A DNA stretch of 63,957 nt, the filler included, from Salisapilia sapeloensis CBS 127946 (lineage: Eukaryota > Protista > Oomycota), in NCBI GenBank assembly GCA_023334545.1. It is 7 parts of 7 records of this genome, joined end to end, with 100 filler letters (N's around TTAATTAATTAA, not from the genome) between each part and the next. Parts side by side here need not be neighbours in the genome. Positions count along the whole stretch, not along the records: positions 18,301 to 24,064 come from JAADVB010000593.1; positions 24,165 to 35,430 come from JAADVB010000432.1; 5 more parts are not named here. The stretch is one strand, 5' to 3'. Both the position numbers and the translations under genes were made by a program. The notes under the pieces are model-generated. The model was not told the origin of the DNA, ran no database searches, and was given only the letters and a program-made list of their open reading frames with translations. Below are positions 21,695-31,775 of the stretch, piece after piece (position 1 is the first letter of the stretch; each line of letters opens with the position of its first letter).

Positions 21695-23709
21695 AAAATG
21701 AAAGTGGCTTCACTTCCAGCGTCTTGATCTAGTTGTGGCAGTTGGGTCGCTTGTGTGGACGAGGTCAGGAAGCGAAATGACAATTCAAGCGAAAGGAGCT
21801 GCTGGTTTTCACATGGTCCAGCTGTTTGGGCTGTGGAGACCAAACCTTCATGGCTCGGTCTCTTGCGCGGCAATTCGCGGATTTTTACCCTCGACGCTCA
21901 GACATTCGGACCAATAGCTCACGAGGTTGTCGAGATATGGAGCAGATTGGACGGCCAGTGTTTGCCTTGTTTTTGTTTGGAAAGCTGTTTCCGTGTGCTC
22001 GATCTAGCACCTCATTAGTATTTGGCTTCTGTGCTTGTAGCATTCGTTATGGCCGAGATACCAAATACACATCGTATAGACATCTAGGAACATTGGATGC
22101 CCTTGCACACTTAACGTCGATTGTACAGATATCCAAAACCAGCAGTCTTTCATAGTCATGGGCGTTTACGCAAGACTACGGTTGCGACATCTACCTTTGT
22201 TAACACTGAGTGTCACGTCATTGTCTCTACGAGATCCACTTCACAACGCCGGGACCGACGCTGCCATTCCTACGCGAAACTTTCGCATGCCCGATTTTGG
22301 ACGAAGACGGTGTCCGACCGCATACCGAGTCCGGTCGAATTTGTTGCTCGTAGTAAATATTGGTCTATCGACCTAATCTTATCAGGACCATCTGAGCTAT
22401 CCATCTGTAGTCTTGCAGCGAAATTGGACCCATACATACTCCCATAGAGCTCCACATTTATCCTGCGAGGCTCTTCTACACGATCCTAGAATCAAAAAGA
22501 GGCCAGACGCATTTTTCAGTGCATTCCTTGCAGGTCTGAGAAAGTTAACACCGGGTTACATAATGATGGCAGTAGGTTGCGCAAAACAGCACTCGCAACT
22601 TTTACGTGTGTCCATCTACACTGTCGTGTCTACTACATGGCATAGACTACTGAGAAAAATAGTGCAATGGATTCGGTTGTCAAATGAAGCGCAGCTCTGT
22701 TTGCTAGATCGAGATTGTTGCTTTCAAAAGAGCTGATTCGGCTTGAATGGTCGATCCATCATTCGACGAGTGCTCGTGACGATCAAATGTGGGATCCTCG
22801 TGCATACCAGTTGGTGAGAGGAGCCGGACAAAGATCCGGCAGTACAAGTAAGATTTTGCTCACCAATCTTTGATGTTGCTGGCTACTTACGGGTAGTGGG
22901 TCCAAGCTACTAACTTTACAGCCTCGACCTACCTATCCATTGGCTATACGCCCTATTCAATACCATGCATTTTAACTGATGGACGGGCTAGGTACGTACA
23001 TACAAAAGAAAGCGTAGGTGTTTAGATTACCTTGTCATCGACTCCGGTCGTAATCAAGCTGTACACAGTCCAAAATTTTCAAGAACTAGAAGGCACACGG
23101 CGGACATCGTCGCTTTCAAGCCATTGCCCACTACAATCGTCAACACCGTGGTATACCCGCTCCGTGTCTATTGCAAGAAGTCTGAGTCCAGTCGTTGTCG
23201 TATGGAGCTCAGGACACTCAACTCCCTTTCTCATCGTTGACACACGAGCCTAGGATGTGTGGTTCAGTCTGTCGAGCGATCAAGGTTAAACGACTTATCG
23301 TACTTGGTCGGCCCATACTAAATCTAGTATATACACATCATTGAAGTTGCTCGTAACGAGCGTAGCGAACTTTCAGCAATTCGAGCCATCCCATCGCGGA
23401 AGAAAGTGGGACGTATTCTGTCTAAGCAATGCAAGCGGTATTTGTGTACCAATTACGATAAGACGGCCAAGTTGCATTTGGAACTGTATCCTAGTCAATT
23501 TCTCCGGTTTCACTACTCGATAGATTCAGTCGAGAGAACATTCTTCCTCTCTTCCAAGCACAGTACAAAACAAGATGTGCTCACCATATACAACTCCAGT
23601 CGAGGTCAATTCAAAATTCCTTCACTTCTATCCGTACAGCTTTTTCATGTAAGCATTCGGCCACAACCAGTCAACCAAATCCCTTGTCTTTCAAAGCTAA
23701 TAGAAAACT

Positions 23710-24064
23710 TACATACGGCCGAGTTGTACCACATCGTCATCACGCGTTGGTAGGAGGCACTCTATAAAGTTGCTACATGCCTTTGAAACTCTATAGGCAC
23801 TGTGTCTTTGACACACCCGCTCCCTCGCGTACTCCGAGGCGAAAAGTTGTACAGGCGCGCTTGTGTCGCACGACTGGATGTGACGGTCTCATAACGCGTC
23901 GGCTCAAATATTCGAGCCCTACCTCGCTTGGATTTTGCCAGAGCGCACGCACAGGTGTCACAATCCTAGAAATTCTACCATGTTGAAGTGAATATTCCTC
24001 TTGTTCTGCCTACACCTCACTACCTCCACGACATCCGAATGGGTAACGACCACCAGCAGCGACA
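23710..24064 (+). repeat. Right arm of the 355-bp inverted repeat; ends in a putative gene start (ATG 24039, MGNDHQQR)
   Basis: Reverse complement of 18301..18655; runs into the assembly gap. Confidence 0.95.
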
Positions 24065-24164
24065 NNNNNNNNNNNNNNNNNNNNNNNNNNNNNNNNNNNN
24101 NNNNNNNNTTAATTAATTAANNNNNNNNNNNNNNNNNNNNNNNNNNNNNNNNNNNNNNNNNNNN
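24065..24164. other. Artificial contig spacer
   Basis: N44-TTAATTAATTAA-N44. Confidence 0.97.
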
Positions 24165-24359
24165 CTAGACCGCCTCTTGGCGCTCAAGCGTCGAACGACG
24201 ATCATCGTGGCACACCGACTGTCGACGATCCGAAATGCCGACTTGATTGCCGTGACCAAGGACGGGGCGATTGTGGAGCAAGGGACGCACGACAAGTTAA
24301 TGGAGATCGAGGACGGCGTCTACAAGTCTCTCGTCGCCAGGCAAATGAATGCCAGTTAA
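24165..24359 (+). CDS. C-terminal fragment of an ABCB (MDR/P-glycoprotein-type) ABC transporter; 5' part in the gap
   Basis: [46 protein letters not shown]...YKSLV: H-loop and end of an ABCB nucleotide-binding domain. Confidence 0.9.
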   Translation, partial: LDRLLALKRRTTIIVAHRLSTIRNADLIAVTKDGAIVEQGTHDKLMEIEDGVYKSLVARQMNAS

Positions 24360-24580
24360 TTTTTGATTTAGATTGCGCCAATTAATAAAGATGCCGTTGC
24401 AGCCTGAACTCTAAACTCATAAAAGCATCATACCTTTACATCATCTCTTTGGACTTCTGGTTTAGTGGATAGTCGTAGATTGATTGTTATGGAAAAGGTA
24501 AAGAGAGGAATGAGGTGTACCAAGTTTGCTATGCATATTGTACTAATGTGTTTCTATAGCGTATCTTACACTCCCACGTC

Positions 24581-25832
24581 TTAGTAGGTAGACTCGTCGG
24601 ACAGTCGTTCCAGCTTTCGTGATTTCGTCGATGATGCAGGACTCGATATGCTGACCTCAAAGTCATTCAGCAGTTGAAAGTGCGTATCGATGGAACCAGT
24701 CTCTTCTTGGTAGTAGCTACAGCACGTTCAACTTAGTCCACGCAGGTCTACAAGATAAGAATGAAACGTACTGTTGGATACGAGCATTGGCACCCGTGGC
24801 TTCGAGCTGCGAAACAAAGTCCATCATTTCTTCACGGATCCAAGGCCTGCTTTTCGAATCAAACTGATACGGCGTCACGTGCACGACTAGCTCCATGTTA
24901 CTACAAGCAGTCGGGCGCGTCAGGTGATACACAATGGAGTCATACTAGCAATGAGTCAAACCTAAAGTCAGCCAATTTGGCAATCGCATCGCAGTTGCTC
25001 GGCACTGATCCTTCTAATGATCCATTTCCACCATCAACCCAATGGATCGATTTAATCTACAGAAGCGATTAAACATAATTTTGAGGTAGCAAAAGGGTGA
25101 CTACGACTGATGCAAGTACCTTTTCAAAGAAGGCACTTTCAACCGGACCGTCAGCTGGTTCGTCAGCAGTTTGACTGCGAGCCGCCTTGTCACTGCAAGC
25201 AGCCAACTCTGCAACGAGTTGATTTAACACTACGACGCCTTTGCTGAATCCCACCAAGTGAAGCGGCAGCTCTAAGTCGAGCATCACTACTCCAGCATCT
25301 TGACATAAGCAAGTCGATGTTGAGCGATTGAATTTATGTATAACATACCTCCCTGCTCTTCCAGTTGGCGTTGCGCATCGTGCATGAGAAGCGTCGTATG
25401 CTCAATTGCTTCTCCATCGTGCGGATCTATGGCGTTATAATGGTAAGTTCCACACCTTATTGTCGGAAGCATAAAACTGTACATTCAGTAGCGGCGCCAT
25501 GGTCGTTAGACGGGACGAAGTGGTCAAAACAGCTATAGGTGGACTGCGTGAACCGGCTCGGGACAACGACCCAGACATTTGCCTGTCCGAATTTTTGCGA
25601 CAACATCGTTGCCACCGTTTCGTATGCAAACGCAGTGTATTCTGCAAACGGACCGCTGACCCTACATTATATCGGTGTGAGCTATCCAATGGTTGGTGGT
25701 CTAAAAAGAAGAAATTTACATGGATGCATGGAAAGCCTGGACGTCGCCTGGAAAAAACAATACGTTGGATGGACTATCTTCCACAGCGACAACCAAAAGC
25801 TCATTCTCTCTATACCAATGCGTTAATCCCAT
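24581..25832 (-). CDS. C2orf69: C2orf69/UPF0565-like protein, multi-exon (about 7 exons)
   Basis: Manual splicing yields SNVLFFPGDVQ, YETVATMLSQKFGQANVWVVVPSR...YSCFDHFV, LVGFSKGVVVLNQL, IHWVDGGNG, VHVTPYQFDSKSRPWIREE and SIDTHFQLL. These match the C2orf69 family motifs in order. The start codon is uncertain. Confidence 0.8.
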
Positions 25833-26558
25833 GACTGAACAACCCCATTTTCGATACTACAGCGCGAAAGAGCGATCGAAATGGCACTGGCCAATAGTCG
25901 TGTACCTGCCCAAGCGGCCTTCTGCTGTAACGCACTTGGACTGTGGCTCACTGTCTTCTCCTCGACGTCGGCTCTTCCTCATCGCTGCTCGATGCTGAAC
26001 TTAAAGGCGCGACAAGCGGTTGAAGTGGAGCGTATATCGTTCTCGCCTTCGCGTTTGACGACGTAGCAATTTGTGTCAACTATTTTTACCTGTTAAACAC
26101 TAATTTGCGTCGTGGGTACACCTCGTGTCGCTTGAGCTTTGAACGGATGCAGATACTGCGTCGAGAAAGGTTTCTGTTTCAACTACTGTTTCCGGAGGGA
26201 CAGTCGCGAGCAAAGAAGATATCCAGAGTGTTCCGTAGTATTTCTTCTTAATTTAGCATGATGGTGCCATTACGACGGCGGAATTGATAAAGCCTTGCGA
26301 CAAGCTAGCGTAAAAGCGTTTCGTGCGCAGAGCTTGATACTTGCCTATGGAGCATAGAAATATGGAAAGAAGGCTGCGAAGTTTCTGTCTTATTAAACGA
26401 AGGACTACCAGATTAGTTTGTTGTCTAGATAACTCCATAAACACGCATCAAGTCGTAATTACCACCAGTTTTCTTCCTCTTTACCTCGTACTCTCTGATA
26501 GACTAGCCTCACTTTCAAATCTGCGGTCTACCTTTAAAGCTCTACCTTCATCGACGAT

Positions 26559-27233
26559 ATGGCGGATCAGACGCATACCCCAAGTCAACAGTCTTACGCG
26601 ACGGGAGATGCATGCGTTGCAGATGCTCCAGCTAAAGGAAAATGGGAAGCTGAGCTCTTCGGCTGCTTCAATGACTGCGTGCCGAACGGACTCATGAGCT
26701 GGTGTTGCCCATGCATTTCCATATCTCAAATTGCTGCAAGACTGGGGGTGATGAGCTTCTGGAAGGCACTTTCGATCTCTTGCTCCATGATCGTGACGTT
26801 CTTCATCTTGTGGGTCGTCAGCTCCGCCATTGCTAGCTCTGGTGGTAGTAGCTCCGTCACGTACGACTACAAGTATAATTCTAATGGTGCACCAAGTGGA
26901 GTGGAAGGCTCTGGTGATAGTAATGTGAACGATAACGACTTCCAGTTCACGACTCAAGAGGTGTCCGTCGAGGCGTCCGGCCCCAACACTACTGCCATCC
27001 TTATCTTGCAAGTCTTCACTCTTATCACCGGCTTGGCTTACCTCCTCTGCATCTGGTACTTCCGCAACAAAACACGCGAGCGCTTTGAAATTCCAGGCAG
27101 CTATCTCAACGATTGCTGTGCTAGCTACTGGTGCTCCTGCTGTGTCATCGCTCAGATGGCGACGCACGTCAAAAGCTACAAGCCTGGTAGCTGCGATTTT
27201 GGTCCGGTCGACACTTTGCCAGGGTATGCCTGA
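26559..27233 (+). CDS. PLAC8-family cysteine-rich membrane protein
   Basis: WEAELFGCFNDC...WCCPCISISQIAARLG and RNKTRERFEIPGSYLNDCCASYWCSCCVIAQMATH. Confidence 0.92.
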   Translation: MADQTHTPSQQSYATGDACVADAPAKGKWEAELFGCFNDCVPNGLMSWCCPCISISQIAARLGVMSFWKALSISCSMIVTFFILWVVSSAIASSGGSSSVTYDYKYNSNGAPSGVEGSGDSNVNDNDFQFTTQEVSVEASGPNTTAILILQVFTLITGLAYLLCIWYFRNKTRERFEIPGSYLNDCCASYWCSCCVIAQMATHVKSYKPGSCDFGPVDTLPGYA

Positions 27234-27789
27234 TCTTGTTTTGTTTTGATCAAGTTGACAGCCGAGATTCTCTAGTCTACTTGTAATCCTCCAATGTTGC
27301 GACGAAATCTTTCATGCTTCAAGTTGTTCATCTTTGTTGCAAGTATGGGTATATTTATTTTACGGTTAATCTGCAGTTATCGTTGGAGCAGTCTGGCATA
27401 GACTCAGCTTTTTCGAGAGATGATATGCTGGTTGTTCGATGCCACCTAAGGCATGAAAACAAAGCATACCCGCATGTGAGTTCCAGATCTTGCAGTTGCC
27501 AACTCGTTGCAATACTTGTTTGTCCGCAGTTCAGTACTTGTGGTACAGTGGTGGTACCATTTACAACAGTAGTCTCCTGGTCAGTTCTGTTTTGTCACCT
27601 GCGTGCATCATCCCCGCGATTGTTGCCCACTCGACCTTTTACTTTGATCATAGCTTTCGTGCTACTTGATGTTGGCACTTGCGTCCATCCCCCCCTATCG
27701 TATCTTGTTGCTGTAAGGTTGTAGCATCAGCTAAACAAGTGGTGGGTTGATCGGTCTCACAACGAAATAACAGGTAAGCGCAAACTAGC

Positions 27790-28920
27790 ATGGGGCTGTT
27801 CGGCAAGGCAAACAGTATTAGCGTCGTGCTGGATAAGCCGCAGTGGATTGCTGGTGAGACACTCAAGGGCACGGTGTATTTGCACGTGAGCAAGAAGCCC
27901 ATCGACTGCCGAGGTACCTTTGATAGACAGACCGGCCCTGCATTTGATGACCCGTTTTAATTACGTATTAGAGGCCTGGGTACAGATCAGAGGAGAGACA
28001 ACTTACCTAGACAAGGGGCGCAATTCGAGAAGCTGTATCAAGCATGTCTTTTTAGACGGACTGGTATTTCTATTACGATTTCTGCAGTTGATACAGGAGC
28101 CTCATCATTCATGTTAGATTGATCTACCCAGTGACCCGATGACATTTGATCTGGGCAACTACAAGTTCCCATTCGAGTACAAGCTTCCGGACTGCCTTCC
28201 GACTTCCTTCGATATCGCCAAACTCGCACGTCCTACAGGCCATCCTGAGGAGGGTCTATGCGTGGAGTACAAGGCAATTGCGCTTATAAAAAAGAAGCGC
28301 AATATCTCCGCCGTGATGGAAACAGATGCGGTCTTCAGCGTTCTTGAAGTTCCTCCGAGCGTGCAAGGGCCGATATCAGTCTCCATCTGTGGGGACCTCC
28401 ATACAAAGTCTTCGACTGCATCCAAGCGATCGACGTGTGAAATCAGTGCAAGCCTTGACAAAGATGTGTACGCAGTTGGGGACTCCATGCAGCTTGGCTA
28501 CCAAATATCCAACAAATCCGACCAAGACATTGCCGCTCTGTCCATCAGCTTGCACCACCGTGTACTTGCTAAACCATCAGAAAAGGACGGAGAAGTTGTG
28601 GTCGAGCACTACCAGCATTGGGAGATGAAACTGCGAGCACTAAAAGCAAACTCGAGTGCCAACGAAAGCTTACAGCTAAAGCTGGAGCCTTCGACATTGC
28701 CAAGTTCGAGCACCAAAGCACTGCTAAGATTGACGTATGAGCTACAGGTAGATCTTTTGACTTACTTCAATCTCCATCACATGTTGATAGTAAAAAATAG
28801 ATTGGGTGCGGTGATGAGTGGTGCGAAGATGTTAAAGCCGTACTTCCTTTCTACGTTTCTCAAGCACATGGAGGAGAAGGACAATCGACGGGTCAGACTA
28901 ACGCTGCTGCGAGACGGTAG
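27790..28920 (+). CDS. Arrestin-domain (alpha-arrestin-like) protein, 321 aa, 4 exons
   Basis: Exons 27790-27913, 27972-28063, 28118-28747 and 28801-28920 (introns 58, 54, 53 nt) keep frame. Motifs: ISVVLDKPQWIAGETLKGTVYL, GNYKFPFEYKLPDCLPTSF, ISASLDKDVYAVGDSM. Confidence 0.8.
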
Positions 28921-29166
28921 TACAAAGCGATGCTTGCAAACATAGTCTTTTAAAAGTCAAACGTTTTGGTCAAATGAAATCATTCTGCATTTAATTTTTT
29001 AAAAACTCTTTCGTAGCTACGAGTCGGTGGGAAAATGTTAAATGGTAAAGTTGGTCGTGGTCTGTTGACTGTGTCTCTTCCAACATCTCTTCGACTTTCA
29101 CTAATCGAAGCACGACTTGCCATCAGCCAGGTAAGCTGTGTTGGGTTGATAGTCTTAATCAGCTAA

Positions 29167-29983
29167 TTACTTCGTTTCCAGTGTTTCCATCTCGCAGTCG
29201 TAGTGATGGTATGGAACTTCAGTCGTGGCCTCGGTTGGTGCGTAATAGTATGAGCACCTTAGGTTCGGAACTTTGTAGTCTTCATCTTCTGGATTACTAT
29301 CTTTGCGCTGCATGCATTTCTCTCCGTCACCGTTGCCAAATATTTGCGGCCGGTACTCGCTACCTTCAGTCACGCCAAAGAACTTGTATTCCAGGAGAAC
29401 GTTTAACAGTAAGCTTCCAACTCAAGACACGTCTCCACGACAGCTTTCGCATCACTCAGACCGTACGCAATATTCTCCGCGTCGCTGGTATACTGAAGGC
29501 CTTTGACATGAACCCGGTCTCGAAGTGACGTAGCAGCATAATTATTGTGGCTCATGGTTGGGGTGTTAGCCTGAACCTTGGCTTAAGCTTTCGCCACGGC
29601 CTGAAGGCGAGCATTAAGGCAAAGTTGCTCGAGTTGGTGTTGGACACGCTCTTCGTGTACACATTTCAGCATCTCTTCAGCGTGGGCGTAGCCTTCGGGA
29701 ACATTGCCCATGTTACCATATTTTCATGGTTATGGTACTTGTTGTCGTACTCGTTGGAAGTGTCTTTCTTATCACCGTAGTCATCATGAATGTCTTTCAA
29801 GTAGTAGTCCTCGGACGTGTGCTCCTTGTTATCCTAATCATCACGGACGTGGTCCATGTTACCGTAGTCATCATGGGTGTGCTTTAAAAGCCACCGCCTT
29901 CCCGGGCACGTCGCGAGCACTGACGGAAGTCGAAGAGGCAAAAATGCGACGGCAGTACGAATGAGGTTGGGCTTGAGTTACAT
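29167..29983 (-). pseudogene. Disrupted CAP/SCP (PR-1-like) secreted protein gene
   Basis: ATG is followed immediately by TAA; in-frame stops at 29834, 29583 and 29403; several frameshifts. Residual CAP motifs: EEMLKCVHEERVQHQLEQLCLNARL, MSH, DAENIAYG, NVLLEYKFFG, QIFGNGDGEKC. Confidence 0.75.
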
Positions 29984-30977
29984 GTTGGCCTAGAGTGTTT
30001 TGTGGGCGCAGTAGAAGATTTCATCATACTTAGCAAAAGTAAAGGCGATCAAGGAAGACTCCGACCAGGTTTTGGTATCGTTCAGTCAGTTTTGGTTTGT
30101 GGCGAAGAGGTCAGTGTATTTAACTACTCTATTTCTATCTTTCTGGAGTTTTGCTGGATCCTCGCGTATAGCGGCTTTAATGCCCCTGTAGCTTGTTGCC
30201 ATGATGTCCAGTGGATTCTATCAAGGGCTCCTGTCAATGGCTTCCAGTTGAATCTAGAACAGCTTCTTAGATGAAATGCAGTCAAGGCATCTTTTCGTCA
30301 AAAGACGTGCGATCCTACTTGATTTGGTAATTTGGGCGCGAGTAGTCGAAGGGTCGTGCAGTTTTGACTGCTCACACGTACGCGCTTAGCGAGACATAAC
30401 AATACCACCAGCTAATTGTATTTTCTACCCGAAATCAAAGTTTATGCGTGGCGCGGATGCTCTCGTTTCATTTCGGCTCTCGATAGATGTCTCTTTCTGG
30501 CTTGAATTTGATGTCCATTCGCATCTAGATGAATCCTCAACTAGACGTACTGTAGTTAATATGTAGAGTTCCTAGTAGACCTATCAGATGTAGAAGAGCA
30601 GTCGTTCTGAAGTCAAAGTAGTGCAAGCCCAATACATAATCATGTATGGAGCGGTATACAGAAAAATGTCGCTGTCGACATCGGTTACCAGTAACGTCGA
30701 CGCTGAGGAAGTGCAAAATATTGACCCTACGAATGAGGAAAGAATCTTTCGGAAAATACAAGGCTTTACTCTCTACAGCTTCAGTGTACGATAGCTAGAG
30801 CAGAAAAATCAGAAAAGTAACCGCACGTGAGCCCCCGTTCACATACTCTGTAGTAAAGACCAAAAATGAAAGTATCAAATGGATGCATTTCTGTCGACTC
30901 ATAAGTCTAAACTACATCTCTTTCTTATGCACGTCCGACCGATGATCATCGGCCATGAAAACAAACACATTAATGCC

Positions 30978-31742
30978 TTACGAGCGGCGTCGAAGTTTCG
31001 CAGTGCAGCCTGATGACGGAGTGTCCGACATGTCATCGTCAGTTCCATCACTGGAAGGCACCATGTCAGGGGTATCACTGCCGTTGCTGGCATCGCCAGA
31101 GGCACCCGGTGCGAAAGGTGGCATCGGAGGCTCAGCACCGCTACCTCCATCCACAGGAGGGATCACGTCGCCGAAAGCACCCGATCCAGTCGGTGGCATT
31201 GGCGTCACAGCACCATCCGCTCCGTCGTCCGAAGGAGGCATCTCACCGCTCGCACCACTAGCGTCACCAGAGGCACCCGGTGCGAAAGGTGGCATCGGAG
31301 GCTCAGCACCGCTACCTCCATCCACAGGAGGGATCACGTCGCCAGAAGCATCCGATCCAGTTGGTACTGGTGTTCCATAGTCACCATTGTCGGTACCAAG
31401 CATAGAAGGCTTCAACTTGTCGAATCCATAGCCTTGACTTTCTTTGGCATCTCCTCTGTTTCCACCGAAAGGTAAGATAGAGTCGATGCCACCTGTGGGT
31501 AAGATGCCCGAACCGTCACCACCGGTTGGTAAGATAGAATCAATCTGGTCCGTGGGGAAGATAGACCCAAAGCCGCTGGATGGCATATCTAACGGACTGT
31601 CACCGGTATTCGTCATTGATGCCGGCTCGTCCGATGCTGCTTTAGAGTTACCAGCATAGTCCTGCGTTTGCGCAGCATTTGCCTTGCTCGTGTAAACGAG
31701 GACGGTCGAAAGAGCGATGAAGAGTACAGTCTTGATGTTCAT
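30978..31742 (-). CDS. Secreted Pro/Gly/Ser/Asp-rich (mucin-like) protein with internal repeat
   Basis: Signal peptide MNIKTVLFIALSTVLVYTSKANA; low-complexity body; C-terminus SSGCTAKLRRRS; Inr motif upstream. Confidence 0.8.
   Translation of the reverse strand: MNIKTVLFIALSTVLVYTSKANAAQTQDYAGNSKAASDEPASMTNTGDSPLDMPSSGFGSIFPTDQIDSILPTGGDGSGILPTGGIDSILPFGGNRGDAKESQGYGFDKLKPSMLGTDNGDYGTPVPTGSDASGDVIPPVDGGSGAEPPMPPFAPGASGDASGASGEMPPSDDGADGAVTPMPPTGSGAFGDVIPPVDGGSGAEPPMPPFAPGASGDASNGSDTPDMVPSSDGTDDDMSDTPSSGCTAKLRRRS
31096..31343. repeat. Intragenic direct repeat, 77-nt identical core, 171-nt (57-aa) period
   Basis: CCAGAGGCACCCGG...GATCACGTCGCC at 31096..31172 and 31267..31343; encodes GDVIPPVDGGSGAEPPMPPFAPGASG twice. 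Confidence 0.9.
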
Positions 31743-31759
31743 GGTGAGCCCGAACCGGT

Positions 31760-31775
31760 AGATTTGGAAATGAGC
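31760..31775 (-). promoter_or_regulatory. Oomycete Inr+FPR core promoter motif
   Basis: GCTCATTTCCAAATCT matches GCTCATTYBNNNWTTY at 15 of 16 positions, 17 nt upstream of the secreted-protein ATG. Confidence 0.6.

Noticed and set aside
25499-25834. Plus-strand ORFs (111 aa and 95 aa), and an apparent CCATGG double start at 25497-25502
   Set aside because: They overlap exons and introns of the minus-strand C2orf69-like gene, which explains the region better.
28748-28945. ORF-track C-terminus of the arrestin ORF (VDLLTYFNLHH…CLQT)
   Set aside because: Probably read-through of a 53-nt intron. The spliced frame (IGCGDEWCEDVKAVLPFYVSQ) fits an arrestin C-terminal strand better.
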